This document shows positions 1 to 9,424 of a DNA stretch of 64,000 nucleotides, piece by piece. Positions within the stretch are counted from its first letter, which is position 1; every line of letters begins with the position of its first letter. A program made the translations under genes and the position numbers. The stretch lies in assembly GCA_965214605.1 (NCBI GenBank), contig OZ243961.1:3104001-3168000 (forward strand), written 5' to 3'. Below the pieces are notes generated by a model. The model ran no database searches and had not been told where the DNA came from. It saw only the letters and a list, made by a program, of their open reading frames with translations. The stretch is from an uncultured Candidatus Binatia bacterium. Lineage in GTDB: Bacteria > Desulfobacterota > Binatia > Bin18.

Positions 1-1095
1 GCCGCCACAATGGTCACGGCCGGGATTTACCTGATCGCCCGCCTCCACTTCCTGTACGCGGTGTCGCCCACCGCACTGGCCTTGGTGGCCTATATCGGGG
101 CGGGCACGGCCCTGTTTGCGGCTACGATTGCGCTGGTCCAAACCGATATTAAAAAGGTGCTGGCCTATTCGACCGTGAGTCAGCTGGGCTATATGTTCCT
201 GGGCGTGGGCGTGGGGGCGTATGGGGCGGCGGTGTTTCACCTGATGACCCACGCCTTCTTTAAAGCCCTCCTCTTTCTGGGTGCCGGCAGTGTTATCCAC
301 GGCATGAGCGATGAGCAGGACATCGCGAAGATGGGCGGGCTGCGCAACACCATGCCGACCACATATTGGACGTTTGCGGTCGGCTGTCTGGCTATTGCCG
401 GCGTGCCCCTGCTGTCTGGATTCTTTAGTAAAGATCTAATCCTGGAGGAAGCCTACGCCGCCCCGCACGGTTCAGCCGTGCTGTGGCTGCTTGGCACGCT
501 AGGGGCCGGTCTGACCGCTTTTTATATGTTCCGACTGTTGTTTGTGACCTTCTGGGGCGAGACTCGGGCGGACCGCGCGGTGGCCGACCACATCCATGAG
601 TCGCCCTCGGTGATGACCACCCCGCTGATTGTGCTGGCCGTACTGTCGGTCATTGGCGGCTACTTCTCGGTGCCCCATTTCTTACAAGCGGTGTTCGAGC
701 AGTCCCACCCTGCACACGTGTCGTTTGTGATTCGCTATGTCCCAACGCTCGTCGGTCTGGGCGGCATTTGGCTGGCCTATGTCTTGTATGTGCGCGATCC
801 GGACCGGGTTGCACGGCTGAGCCGGCAGCTCGCCGGGCTGCACGCGTTGCTGCTGAACAAATACTATATTGACGAAATCTATCAGGCCGTCTTTGTGCGG
901 CCAACGCTCGCCGCCTCGCAGTGGCTGTGGCAGGTGTGGGACACGCGGGTCATTGACCGGGCGGTGAACGGCACGGCCGAAACGACCGATGCCAGCGGTT
1001 CGACGCTGCGCCTATGGCAGACCGGCAATGTCCAAAACTACGCCCTCTCGTTTCTGGCCGGAGCTCTGCTCATTCTGGGGTATTATCTATGGTAA
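1..1095 (+). CDS. nuoL: NADH-quinone oxidoreductase subunit L (5'-truncated by window edge)
   Basis: Open from base 1 with AATMVTAG; DIKKVLAYSTVSQLGYM and FHLMTHAFFKALLFL motifs; multi-TM; precedes nuoM. Confidence 0.97.
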   Translation, partial: AATMVTAGIYLIARLHFLYAVSPTALALVAYIGAGTALFAATIALVQTDIKKVLAYSTVSQLGYMFLGVGVGAYGAAVFHLMTHAFFKALLFLGAGSVIHGMSDEQDIAKMGGLRNTMPTTYWTFAVGCLAIAGVPLLSGFFSKDLILEEAYAAPHGSAVLWLLGTLGAGLTAFYMFRLLFVTFWGETRADRAVADHIHESPSVMTTPLIVLAVLSVIGGYFSVPHFLQAVFEQSHPAHVSFVIRYVPTLVGLGGIWLAYVLYVRDPDRVARLSRQLAGLHALLLNKYYIDEIYQAVFVRPTLAASQWLWQVWDTRVIDRAVNGTAETTDASGSTLRLWQTGNVQNYALSFLAGALLILGYYLW

Positions 1096-2624
1096 GCACG
1101 CTTGTCTTTCTGCCCTTGTTGGGCGCCCTGTACGTGCTCTTTGTGCCCAAGGAGCAGGAGGTCAAGATTCGCTACGCGGCCCTGGCCACCGCGCTGCTGA
1201 CCTTTGTTGTCTCGCTGGGCGTGTTGGCCGGTTTTGATAGCAAGACGGCCGACTTCCAGTTTGTCGAGCAATACGTCTGGATTGAGGATTTTGGCATTCA
1301 GTACTATATCGGTGTGGACGGAATCAGTCTGTTTCTGGTGCTGCTGACCAGCTTTCTGACTCCGCTGGTACTGCTGGCCAGCTGGGGCGAGGTGCACAGC
1401 CGGGTCAAGGAGTACCAGTTCTTTTTTCTGGTTTTAGAGACCGGCATGCTGGGCACCTTTGTGGCCATTGACCTCTTCCTGTTCTACGTGTTCTGGGAGG
1501 TCATGCTGATCCCGATGTATTTCCTGATCGGCATTTGGGGCGGGCCACGCCGTATTTATGCCGCCCTGAAATTTTTGCTGTATACCATGGTCGGGAGCCT
1601 GCTGATGCTGGTCGCCATCCTGTATTTGGCCTACCTGCACGATAGCCAGCAGCAGGTCGTGACCTTTGATCTCCTGCGGTTGTACCAGCTGGCGATTCCC
1701 CTGGAGACCCAGCGCTGGTTGTTTGCGGCCTTTGCCCTGTCGTTTGCGATTAAGGTGCCGCTGTTTCCGTTTCATACCTGGCTGCCCGACGCGCACGTTG
1801 AGGCACCGACCGGCGGCTCGGTTATTCTGGCCGGGGTACTGCTGAAAATGGGCACCTATGGTTTTGTCCGCTTTGCCCTGCCGCTCTTCCCCGCCGCCGC
1901 CATAGAGGCGGCCCCGCTGATCATGGCCCTGGCGGTGGTCGGTATTATCTACGGCGCTTTGGTGGCCATGGTCCAGCCGGATCTGAAGAAACTGGTCGCC
2001 TATTCCTCGGTCAGTCACCTGGGTTTTGTGATCCTGGGTCTCTTTGCCTTCAATGTGCAGGGCACCGAGGGCGCCATCTATCAGATGCTCAACCACGGCC
2101 TGTCTACCGGCGCCCTGTTTTTGCTGGTCGGTGTTATCTATGAGCAGCGCCATACGCGGCTGATCAGCGAGTATGGGGGGTTGTGGAAACAGGTGCCGGT
2201 GTACGCCTCGGTCTTTCTGTGCGTGATGCTGTCCTCAATTGGCCTGCCCGGCCTGAATGGCTTTGTGGGAGAGTTTCTTATTCTGCTCGGGGTGTTTAAA
2301 GCGAGTCCGCTGGCCGGCGTGCTCGCCGTTTCTGGAGTCGTGCTGGGGGCGGTGTACATGCTGTGGATGTTTCAACGCGTTATGTTTGGACCGGTCAAGG
2401 TCGAGGCCAACAGCGGTTTGCGGGACCTCAACCGCCGCCATATGTTGATCTTTGCGCCGATGCTGGCCCTGATGCTTTTTATGGGGCTGTATCCGCGGCC
2501 GTTCCTGACCCGCATGGAAAAGTCGGTTGAGGCGACCCTGGCCCGGATGGACCGGGTCTCAACCCAGACCGCGGCCGCGAGCAGTGGGCAGCAGCGAGAA
2601 GTGGGAAGTGTGCAATGGAGATGA
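1089..2624 (+). CDS. nuoM: NADH-quinone oxidoreductase subunit M
   Basis: FYVFWEVMLIPMY, HTWLPDAHVEAPT, LLKMGTYG motifs; ATG 1089 overlaps nuoL end. Confidence 0.97.
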   Translation: MVSTLVFLPLLGALYVLFVPKEQEVKIRYAALATALLTFVVSLGVLAGFDSKTADFQFVEQYVWIEDFGIQYYIGVDGISLFLVLLTSFLTPLVLLASWGEVHSRVKEYQFFFLVLETGMLGTFVAIDLFLFYVFWEVMLIPMYFLIGIWGGPRRIYAALKFLLYTMVGSLLMLVAILYLAYLHDSQQQVVTFDLLRLYQLAIPLETQRWLFAAFALSFAIKVPLFPFHTWLPDAHVEAPTGGSVILAGVLLKMGTYGFVRFALPLFPAAAIEAAPLIMALAVVGIIYGALVAMVQPDLKKLVAYSSVSHLGFVILGLFAFNVQGTEGAIYQMLNHGLSTGALFLLVGVIYEQRHTRLISEYGGLWKQVPVYASVFLCVMLSSIGLPGLNGFVGEFLILLGVFKASPLAGVLAVSGVVLGAVYMLWMFQRVMFGPVKVEANSGLRDLNRRHMLIFAPMLALMLFMGLYPRPFLTRMEKSVEATLARMDRVSTQTAAASSGQQREVGSVQWR

Positions 2625-4060
2625 TCGCCCTTCCACAGATCAATTGGCTGGCCGTCCTGCCGTCTGGGCTGCTCGTCCTGACCGGACTGCTCGTCCTTTT
2701 CTGGGACCTCTGGATTCAGGATGCAGACCGCCCCCAGCTCGCCTGGCTGGCCGTCAGCGGCTTTGTGGCAACCGGCGCGGTGTCTTTTATGCTGTGGGGA
2801 GGCGCGGATGCGTCCGGTCCCTTAGCCCTGGATTCCTACGCGCTGTTTTTTAACGTGATCTTTTGTCTGGCCGGGGCGCTGACCGTGCTGATGTCGGACA
2901 GCTATCTGGACATGACGAAAATCCGCCAGGGGGAGTATTACGCTCTGCTGCTGTTTGCCGCGGTCGGCATGGTCCTGATGGCCGCGGCGACCGACCTCAT
3001 TACGATCTTTCTGGGTCTCGAAACCATGTCGGTTGCGGTCTATGTGCTGGCCGGGATTTGGCATCAGCGTTTGGCGTCGAATGAGGCGGCACTCAAATAC
3101 TTTCTGCTCGGCGCGTTCGCCAGCGGTTTTCTGTTGTATGGGATGGCTCTGATTTACGGGGCGACGGGCAGTCTGCAGTTAGCCGTGATTGCCGAGCAGG
3201 TTGCGGCCCAGGGGTCCTCGACCCTGCTCGTTGTCGGCATGGGGCTGCTCCTGGTCGGCTTTGGCTTTAAGGTTGCCGCCGCTCCCTTCCACGTCTGGAC
3301 TCCTGACGTGTATGAGGGCTCGCCAACCACGATTACCGCATTTATGGCGGTCGGGGTGAAGGCCGCGGCCTTTGCCGCTTTTGCCCGTGTCTTTTTACAT
3401 ACGCTCGACGCGGTCCACACCGAGTGGCAGGGCGTGGTGTGGGTGATTGCCGCGCTGACGATGACGGTCGGCAATCTAACAGCCCTGCCTCAGACCAATA
3501 TTAAGCGTATGCTGGCCTATTCGAGTGTGGCGCACGCTGGCTATGTGTTGATGGCGATGGTGGCTGGCAAAGACCTGGGCGGTGCGGCCCTAATGTATTA
3601 TTTGGTCGCGTACGGCTTTATGAACCTGGGCGCGTTCGGGGTGGTGGTGAGCCTCAATCGTCAGGGACAGCCTAACGAAGAGCTGAACGATTATGCCGGT
3701 CTGGGCTTTCGCTATCCGGCCCTGGGCATGGCCATGGCGATCTTTATGCTGTCGCTCACCGGCGTTCCACCGCTGGTCGGCTTTACCGGTAAGTTCTACG
3801 TCTTCAGCGCCGCGGTCGAGGCTGGGTATATCGGTCTGGCGATCATTGGCGTGCTCAACAGCGCGGTTTCAGCCTACTACTACGTCCGGGTGATCGTCAC
3901 CATGTATATGCAGGAGGATGAAAAAGCTTTGGAGATTGCCGCGCTGCGCCCCACCCTGAGCCTAGCGATCATCATTGCCGCAGCCGGCACGGTCCTCCTC
4001 GGCGTCTTTCCCTCGGCCTCGATTTCAATCGCACGCGAGTCGTTTTTGTCCCTGGGCTAA
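2615..4060 (+). CDS. nuoN: NADH-quinone oxidoreductase subunit N
   Basis: EAALKYFLLG, FKVAAAPFHVWTPDVYEG, KRMLAYSSVAHAGY motifs; overlaps nuoM end. Confidence 0.97.
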   Translation: MEMIALPQINWLAVLPSGLLVLTGLLVLFWDLWIQDADRPQLAWLAVSGFVATGAVSFMLWGGADASGPLALDSYALFFNVIFCLAGALTVLMSDSYLDMTKIRQGEYYALLLFAAVGMVLMAAATDLITIFLGLETMSVAVYVLAGIWHQRLASNEAALKYFLLGAFASGFLLYGMALIYGATGSLQLAVIAEQVAAQGSSTLLVVGMGLLLVGFGFKVAAAPFHVWTPDVYEGSPTTITAFMAVGVKAAAFAAFARVFLHTLDAVHTEWQGVVWVIAALTMTVGNLTALPQTNIKRMLAYSSVAHAGYVLMAMVAGKDLGGAALMYYLVAYGFMNLGAFGVVVSLNRQGQPNEELNDYAGLGFRYPALGMAMAIFMLSLTGVPPLVGFTGKFYVFSAAVEAGYIGLAIIGVLNSAVSAYYYVRVIVTMYMQEDEKALEIAALRPTLSLAIIIAAAGTVLLGVFPSASISIARESFLSLG

Positions 4061-4188
4061 GCTGGGCCTCAAACGCGGGGTGCCGTGAAGGCTCTTGAGC
4101 AATACCACTGGCCAACTCTTGGAATGTGAGCCGTGCTCAGGGATCCGCTCAGCAGGACAAAGACGCGGGGTCGGCAAGTCGGGGGGGA

Positions 4189-5769
4189 CTAGGGAGTCAC
4201 CTGCCCGTAGCCTAAATACGTTTTGACCTGACCCAAAACAATGTGCGGAATATCTTCTCGGCGCTGGACGGAGAACACCTGGGCGTTTTTCCAGCGGGCG
4301 GTTTCTTTTTTGAATATGGCAGCCGAGTCGGTATCGCCGATATGCACGGCGGTAATCCGGCCGGTCAGCTCTGACAGATAGTCGATGAGGCTCTGCAGAT
4401 TGGGAATCTGCATGTCGGTAATAAAGAAGATATCCGGCATGTCATGCCCGACAAGGCGCAGCAGCTCGTCGAGTTCTTCAAACGAAAAGACCGTGCCTCC
4501 GCCAAAGTAGCGACACAGGGCCTGATAGACCTGCTTGCGTTCGTTGTTAAAGTCGAGCAACAGCTTGTCACCGGCCGGGACGTCACTAAAATTGTAGACC
4601 GCAACCTGGGCACCGGCCCGCAGATAGGCGTCGGCTGCACAGCCCGCGCCAAGAATCGCATGACTGAGCAGGTAGCGCGGATTGGCCATGCTGCCCGAGG
4701 AATCTAGGATGATGATACAGTCCGGCACGCCTTCCCGACGGCCGTAAATCAGACCGTTTTGATACAACCAGGCTTGGGAGAGACCGGGGAAGATCTTGCC
4801 AAAACTCGTCCACACGTCCAGGTCTTGAATCGGTTTCCCCAGCTCCCACGGGGTGTGCATATGCGGGTCTGAGGAACTGCTCCGGTGCAGCGGTGCTTCG
4901 GACACCGGCAGTTGGTACTGCTCGGTCAGCTTCATATAGTAGAGCAGGCCGGTGTCAATCCGCTCGCCGCGCCCCCGCCCCATGCCCTCCTGCTCTTCGG
5001 TGTGCCCCTGGGCCACCAACTCCTCGTCGAAATCGGCAATCGTGGTCCGAAATTCACGCGGATTGTCCACGTGGAGAGCAAAGGCTCGCAGGCCACGTTC
5101 GACCTCGTTGTGTGAATGATTTGACAGGCCGTGGCGGCCGAGCAGGGCGGTTGGCAAAATCTCTGAGTGTCGGCGCTCTTCGTCAAGGACCGGATGGATC
5201 AGACGGCAGAAACGCCGCACGCTCTCTTCCCAACGCCGGCGGTCGAGGTAGGGAATCCGCGCCAGGCGCCGTAACAACGGCTCGGGCCCGCTGGCCTCGA
5301 GATCCATGTCCCAGATCACGCTGTATAAGGCGGTCATCAGCCGGTCGAGGGGGCGAGCGCTGAGGTGCTGCAGGTGACGATAGAGCTGTGGCAGAGCGGT
5401 TTCAAAGTCTTTGACACAGTGGGTGTTGACCACTACGTCGATAAAAATATCGGTTGCCCGCTGGGCGTAGTCTCGGCGGCCAAGTTCGCTTTTGGCGGCC
5501 GCGTAGAGCCGTAGATAGGTGGCAAAGTCCCACGGGCAGCGGGTGTAGTGGGCAATGCCGTGGTCGAGCAGGGCTTCGACCACATCCTCAACCGGCAGGT
5601 ACTCGGCGAGCTGCTGACAAAAGCTGGGATTGAGAATAATCTGCCGCTGCTGGATTTCCACCGCTTCCTGGCTGAGCCCGTCGGTGATGTGCGGCTGGGG
5701 CAACTCGGGAAAAAAATGTTTGCGTCGGGCACGTGGCCAGACCTCGGTGAGCACCGTTTGGAGATTCAT
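4189..5769 (-). CDS. vWA-domain protein with N-terminal metallopeptidase-like region
   Basis: MIDAS motif DSSGS...GGGT...ITD in C-terminal part; N-terminal LLDHGIAHY resembles HExxH lacking the Glu; last gene of MoxR operon. Confidence 0.85.
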   Translation of the reverse strand: MNLQTVLTEVWPRARRKHFFPELPQPHITDGLSQEAVEIQQRQIILNPSFCQQLAEYLPVEDVVEALLDHGIAHYTRCPWDFATYLRLYAAAKSELGRRDYAQRATDIFIDVVVNTHCVKDFETALPQLYRHLQHLSARPLDRLMTALYSVIWDMDLEASGPEPLLRRLARIPYLDRRRWEESVRRFCRLIHPVLDEERRHSEILPTALLGRHGLSNHSHNEVERGLRAFALHVDNPREFRTTIADFDEELVAQGHTEEQEGMGRGRGERIDTGLLYYMKLTEQYQLPVSEAPLHRSSSSDPHMHTPWELGKPIQDLDVWTSFGKIFPGLSQAWLYQNGLIYGRREGVPDCIIILDSSGSMANPRYLLSHAILGAGCAADAYLRAGAQVAVYNFSDVPAGDKLLLDFNNERKQVYQALCRYFGGGTVFSFEELDELLRLVGHDMPDIFFITDMQIPNLQSLIDYLSELTGRITAVHIGDTDSAAIFKKETARWKNAQVFSVQRREDIPHIVLGQVKTYLGYGQVTP

Positions 5770-5784
5770 GCGTGGGTGTGCTCC

Positions 5785-6561
5785 TTATGAAGCGGGCGGT
5801 GATATCTTCCCGCCCGGAGGGGGGTCGGCCCCGCCGCTCCTCGCTTGTGGCTCGCTAGGAGCAGGAGCGACGCGCCGCTGGCCTAGATAGACGCTGCCGC
5901 CGCGAACCTGGCCAATGCCTCGGATACGGCCGCTGAGGACGCGGATTTCTCCGCCGACCATACCGTGGCCGACGTCTTCACCGGCGTTGTCAGAGATCGT
6001 GATCGTGCCCTGTCGGAGGTCAAACCCAACGCCATAAAAGGCACTGCCCTGCAGACGGATTTCTCCGCCCGCTAGGGCCATGCCGAGGAAGTCGCCGCAC
6101 AGGCCCTCAATGTTGAGACACTTGCCTGCCGGTAATTGGTAACCCAATAAATGGACCCGCGCTGGCATCCATTGCAAGCGCAACTGCAGCTGGCTGCTGG
6201 TGGTCTGGTTGCACAGAGCCGATAGGTAGAGACCGGATAAGCCCCATAAACTCGGTGACTCGTCCGGCAGCTCATGGGCACGTGTCGGCGTGTGGAACTG
6301 TTCTAGGCTAAAGCAGAAATCCTCAATATCGTCGTGGTCATACGTCAGCCCGGCCACGTGCTGCAGCGCGGCTGTATAGGCTCGGTCAACGAGCTGGCGG
6401 TCTGGGAGCCGATCCCAATCTAGCTCGGTCTGGGCGATGTAGGCCGTGTAGCTGCCTAGGAGCTGTTCGAGAATCGCATCCCGAACGGCAATGATGCGGT
6501 CAAGCGGTAGGGCTCGCTGGCGCGACCGGTAGGTCTGGAACTCGGCAAACGGGTTTACCAT
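5785..6561 (-). CDS. Hypothetical protein with C-terminal GXGXG (FwdC/GltB-C-like) beta-helix repeats
   Basis: Repeats IEGLCGDFLGMALAGGEIRLQGSAFYGVG / ISDNAGEDVGHGMVGGEIRV; overlaps MoxR stop. Confidence 0.75.
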   Translation of the reverse strand: MVNPFAEFQTYRSRQRALPLDRIIAVRDAILEQLLGSYTAYIAQTELDWDRLPDRQLVDRAYTAALQHVAGLTYDHDDIEDFCFSLEQFHTPTRAHELPDESPSLWGLSGLYLSALCNQTTSSQLQLRLQWMPARVHLLGYQLPAGKCLNIEGLCGDFLGMALAGGEIRLQGSAFYGVGFDLRQGTITISDNAGEDVGHGMVGGEIRVLSGRIRGIGQVRGGSVYLGQRRVAPAPSEPQARSGGADPPPGGKISPPAS

Positions 6562-7898
6562 GCTGTCTCAATTCCTAAGTCCCGCTGAATCTCGGCAAAG
6601 ATGGGATGATCCCCCTGGCTCGGCTGCACGTCCTCTCCGGCCAGGATCCGAGCCGCGACCGCCAGCGCTCCCATAATGTCTTCGCGTTGCTCGGCAAACC
6701 GCCGCCAGCTTTCGTCCGTGGCCTGCTTGGCCAGATGGAGGGGGAGCGGGTCACGGCGCGACTCCCGCTCTCGAGCGGCGACATAGGCGTCGCGCCATTG
6801 GGTTCGGTGGGCGAGGACAAAGGGCAGGATCCAGCGCACGTGTTCGGCCCCGACCTGCTCGGCACCCAAAAACCAGACTAGCGCCTGGGCGTAGCGCCGC
6901 AGCGCAATCGGCAGGCGGTTCGAGGCGCAGTTTTGGACCTGGTAACACAGATAGCCGGTATAGTGGCAGCCTTCGGGACACTCTTCGTTTGAGCGTTTTT
7001 GTCCGTATAAACAACAGAACGAAAACTCGGCCAGGGCCGTCCGGGCGAATGCGCTGGCGTCCTGGCTAAAGCCGATGCTGGCAATATCTTGACGCAGGGC
7101 TTGCCGTTGGGTCTTGTCGAAAGTGCTCAGGCCGTGTTGATACGATAGCCACTTCGCAAACCGCTGACAGGCGTCTTCTAGCTGGGCGTCTTGGCTTGTC
7201 GGTGCCTGGCCGCTGCTCAGCACGGCATAGAAGGCCTGCTCTTGTTCGGGATCACGGAGCAGGGCTTCTTTGTGCTCCTGTTGGCCGATGAAAAAAGCCA
7301 GGTTTGCACCGGGATGTTTGGACTCGATCATCACGTCAAAGCGGTCGAGCAGGGGCGGGATCAAGGGGTGGGTCCCGGGGTCCTGATAATTGGCGGTGGC
7401 AAACAGACAGTACTCGTCGTGGAGGAGGAATTGGTTGAGGTACTCCCAGTTGCCACGGTCGACGCCGTCGAGGATGAGGCTCTGTTTGGTTTCGGGCAGG
7501 CGGTTGATTTCGTCAATAATCTTGACCGGCAGTTGGGCAAAATTACTCCACACCACCTGCTCTTCGCCCTGGTTGAGTTTGCCCAGGTTTGGGCGGCCGA
7601 TAATTTTCTCCTCGGTCTGCTCAGGGTGGCCGGCGACCTGGCTGCCCCAGATGACCCCGAGCGGAATGCGGTACAACAGGGACGCGATATATTCGGCTGA
7701 GGTGGTCTTGCCCAGACCCGGCTCGCCAATAATGAGGGCTTTCCCGCCAATCAGCGCGGTCAGCAGGCTCAGCAGCAGGGTCGAATTTAACTTCTCGCCG
7801 TTGAGGTCGAGGTCGGGGCGGTTCAGGTAGAGGTGCTCGCCGATAAAGTCATATACATCACGGACGGCATGTCGGGTCTGCTCACGGGTTTCAGCCAT
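6555..7898 (-). CDS. MoxR-like AAA+ ATPase with Cys/His-rich insert
   Basis: Walker A GEPGLGKTT, Walker B IIDEINR, FATAN, LLDRF; CC-x10-C-x3-CH-x5-C-x5-C cluster; GGAG RBS. Confidence 0.88.
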   Translation of the reverse strand: MAETREQTRHAVRDVYDFIGEHLYLNRPDLDLNGEKLNSTLLLSLLTALIGGKALIIGEPGLGKTTSAEYIASLLYRIPLGVIWGSQVAGHPEQTEEKIIGRPNLGKLNQGEEQVVWSNFAQLPVKIIDEINRLPETKQSLILDGVDRGNWEYLNQFLLHDEYCLFATANYQDPGTHPLIPPLLDRFDVMIESKHPGANLAFFIGQQEHKEALLRDPEQEQAFYAVLSSGQAPTSQDAQLEDACQRFAKWLSYQHGLSTFDKTQRQALRQDIASIGFSQDASAFARTALAEFSFCCLYGQKRSNEECPEGCHYTGYLCYQVQNCASNRLPIALRRYAQALVWFLGAEQVGAEHVRWILPFVLAHRTQWRDAYVAARERESRRDPLPLHLAKQATDESWRRFAEQREDIMGALAVAARILAGEDVQPSQGDHPIFAEIQRDLGIETAW

Positions 7899-8064
7899 GC
7901 GTTCACTCCCAGCTCTTCACGTGTTGGGACGACCCCGGATGGTCGATCCGAGTCTGCGGTTAGCGTTCAGCGGATTATCCTGTGAAAAGCAGAGGCGTGT
8001 CAACAAAGTGGTTTCGGTCAGGGGGGAGGGGGGTCGTGTTTGACAACATTTTGAGAGGACGGCT

Positions 8065-8655
8065 ATGAAAGGGGAGATGGCTGACGATCCAATCCGCCGC
8101 TTCGGACGCTGGTTTGCCACGGCCACCCGCAAGGGGGACCCACAGCCCGAAGCCATGGCACTCGCAACGGTGAATGAGGCGGGCCTCCCCTCGGTCCGCT
8201 TTGTGTTGCTCAAACACTTTGGGGCAGGCGGCTTTGTGTTTTTTACCGACAGTCGCAGCCGTAAAGGGCGGGAGCTGCACGCCATCCCCCATGCCGCCGC
8301 CACGTTTTATTGGCACCGCCTTGGCAGGCAGGTGCGGCTTGAGGGCCGAATTGAACGGGTAGAGGCGGGCGTTGCCGAGGCATACTGGCAGGTCCGGCCC
8401 CGCGCTAGCCAACTCTCGGCCTCAGCCTCACGCCAGAGTGCGAAGCTGGCCGACCGCGCGCTCTTAGTGACGCGTCGCCAGCAGCTCGCCCGGCAGTACC
8501 GGGGCAGGGCAGTCCCCCGTCCATCAAGCTGGACGGGTTTTCGGCTTATTCCCGACAGTGTGGAATTCTGGACCCACCGTGACAATCGCCTCCACCACCG
8601 GGAACGCTTTGTCCGCACCGAGCAGGGATGGCGGATCGAGCTGCTGTCGCCCTAG
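8065..8655 (+). CDS. pdxH: Pyridoxine/pyridoxamine 5'-phosphate oxidase
   Basis: MALATV, RFVLLK, SRKG, RQVRLEG, EFW...RLHHR motifs. Confidence 0.92.
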   Translation: MKGEMADDPIRRFGRWFATATRKGDPQPEAMALATVNEAGLPSVRFVLLKHFGAGGFVFFTDSRSRKGRELHAIPHAAATFYWHRLGRQVRLEGRIERVEAGVAEAYWQVRPRASQLSASASRQSAKLADRALLVTRRQQLARQYRGRAVPRPSSWTGFRLIPDSVEFWTHRDNRLHHRERFVRTEQGWRIELLSP

Positions 8656-8684
8656 GGAGAGGGGACAAGCGCACGCCTGCCTGG

Positions 8685-9335
8685 TCACGCCCTGGTATTG
8701 CCCCACTCGTCCCAGTGAATCACTTCTTCAACCGGCTTGCGGGTGACCGGGCCAAACTTGCCCTGGGGGTAACCCATCGGGATCAGCGCCGCCACTTCCA
8801 TCTCGTCCGGAATATTGAGCTTTTCCTTGAGGTGGTCCTCAAAGAGGCAGTGTATGGTCGTCAGCGTTGCCCCTATGCCAAGGGCACGACAGGCCAATAA
8901 AATATTCTGAACAGCGGGAAAGATGGAGCCGTAAACGACGATCTTACTCGCCCGTTCGTTGCCGAGTGAGGAGATGGGCGGGTAGTGATCGCGGGTACAG
9001 GCCAGCAGCAGGGCCGGCGCTTCGTCTAGGTGGGCGGCCAGATGCGCCGCCGCGTTGAGCATGCGCTGCTGGGGGGGCGGTATATCATCATAGTTGAGCG
9101 TCCCGCTGCCCCGCATCTGCTGCCAGGTATTCCAATAGTAGTCTCGGATAAAGCGTTTGCGCTCTACGTCCTGGACGATAAGAAATGCCCAGTCCTGCAT
9201 ATTGCCGCCACTGGCACACCGAATCCCGGCATCCACAATTTTTTTGAGGGTTGCTTCCGGGATGGGGTCTGGTTTGAGTCTGCGCATGGCGCGGGTGGAG
9301 TACATGATTTCAAAAATTCCAGGTTCATCAGCCAT
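8685..9335 (-). CDS. Nitroreductase family protein
   Basis: TRAMRRL, ASGGNMQDW, QNILLACRALGIG, IPMGYP; AGGAGG RBS. Confidence 0.92.
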   Translation of the reverse strand: MADEPGIFEIMYSTRAMRRLKPDPIPEATLKKIVDAGIRCASGGNMQDWAFLIVQDVERKRFIRDYYWNTWQQMRGSGTLNYDDIPPPQQRMLNAAAHLAAHLDEAPALLLACTRDHYPPISSLGNERASKIVVYGSIFPAVQNILLACRALGIGATLTTIHCLFEDHLKEKLNIPDEMEVAALIPMGYPQGKFGPVTRKPVEEVIHWDEWGNTRA

Positions 9336-9424
9336 GAGTGTTTCCTCCTTAACTTGGCGAGTCTTAGCCTTACTCTATAGCTGTCCCGAGCCGAACTGAA
9401 CAGCAGAGAGGGTGAGGGTGGCTT

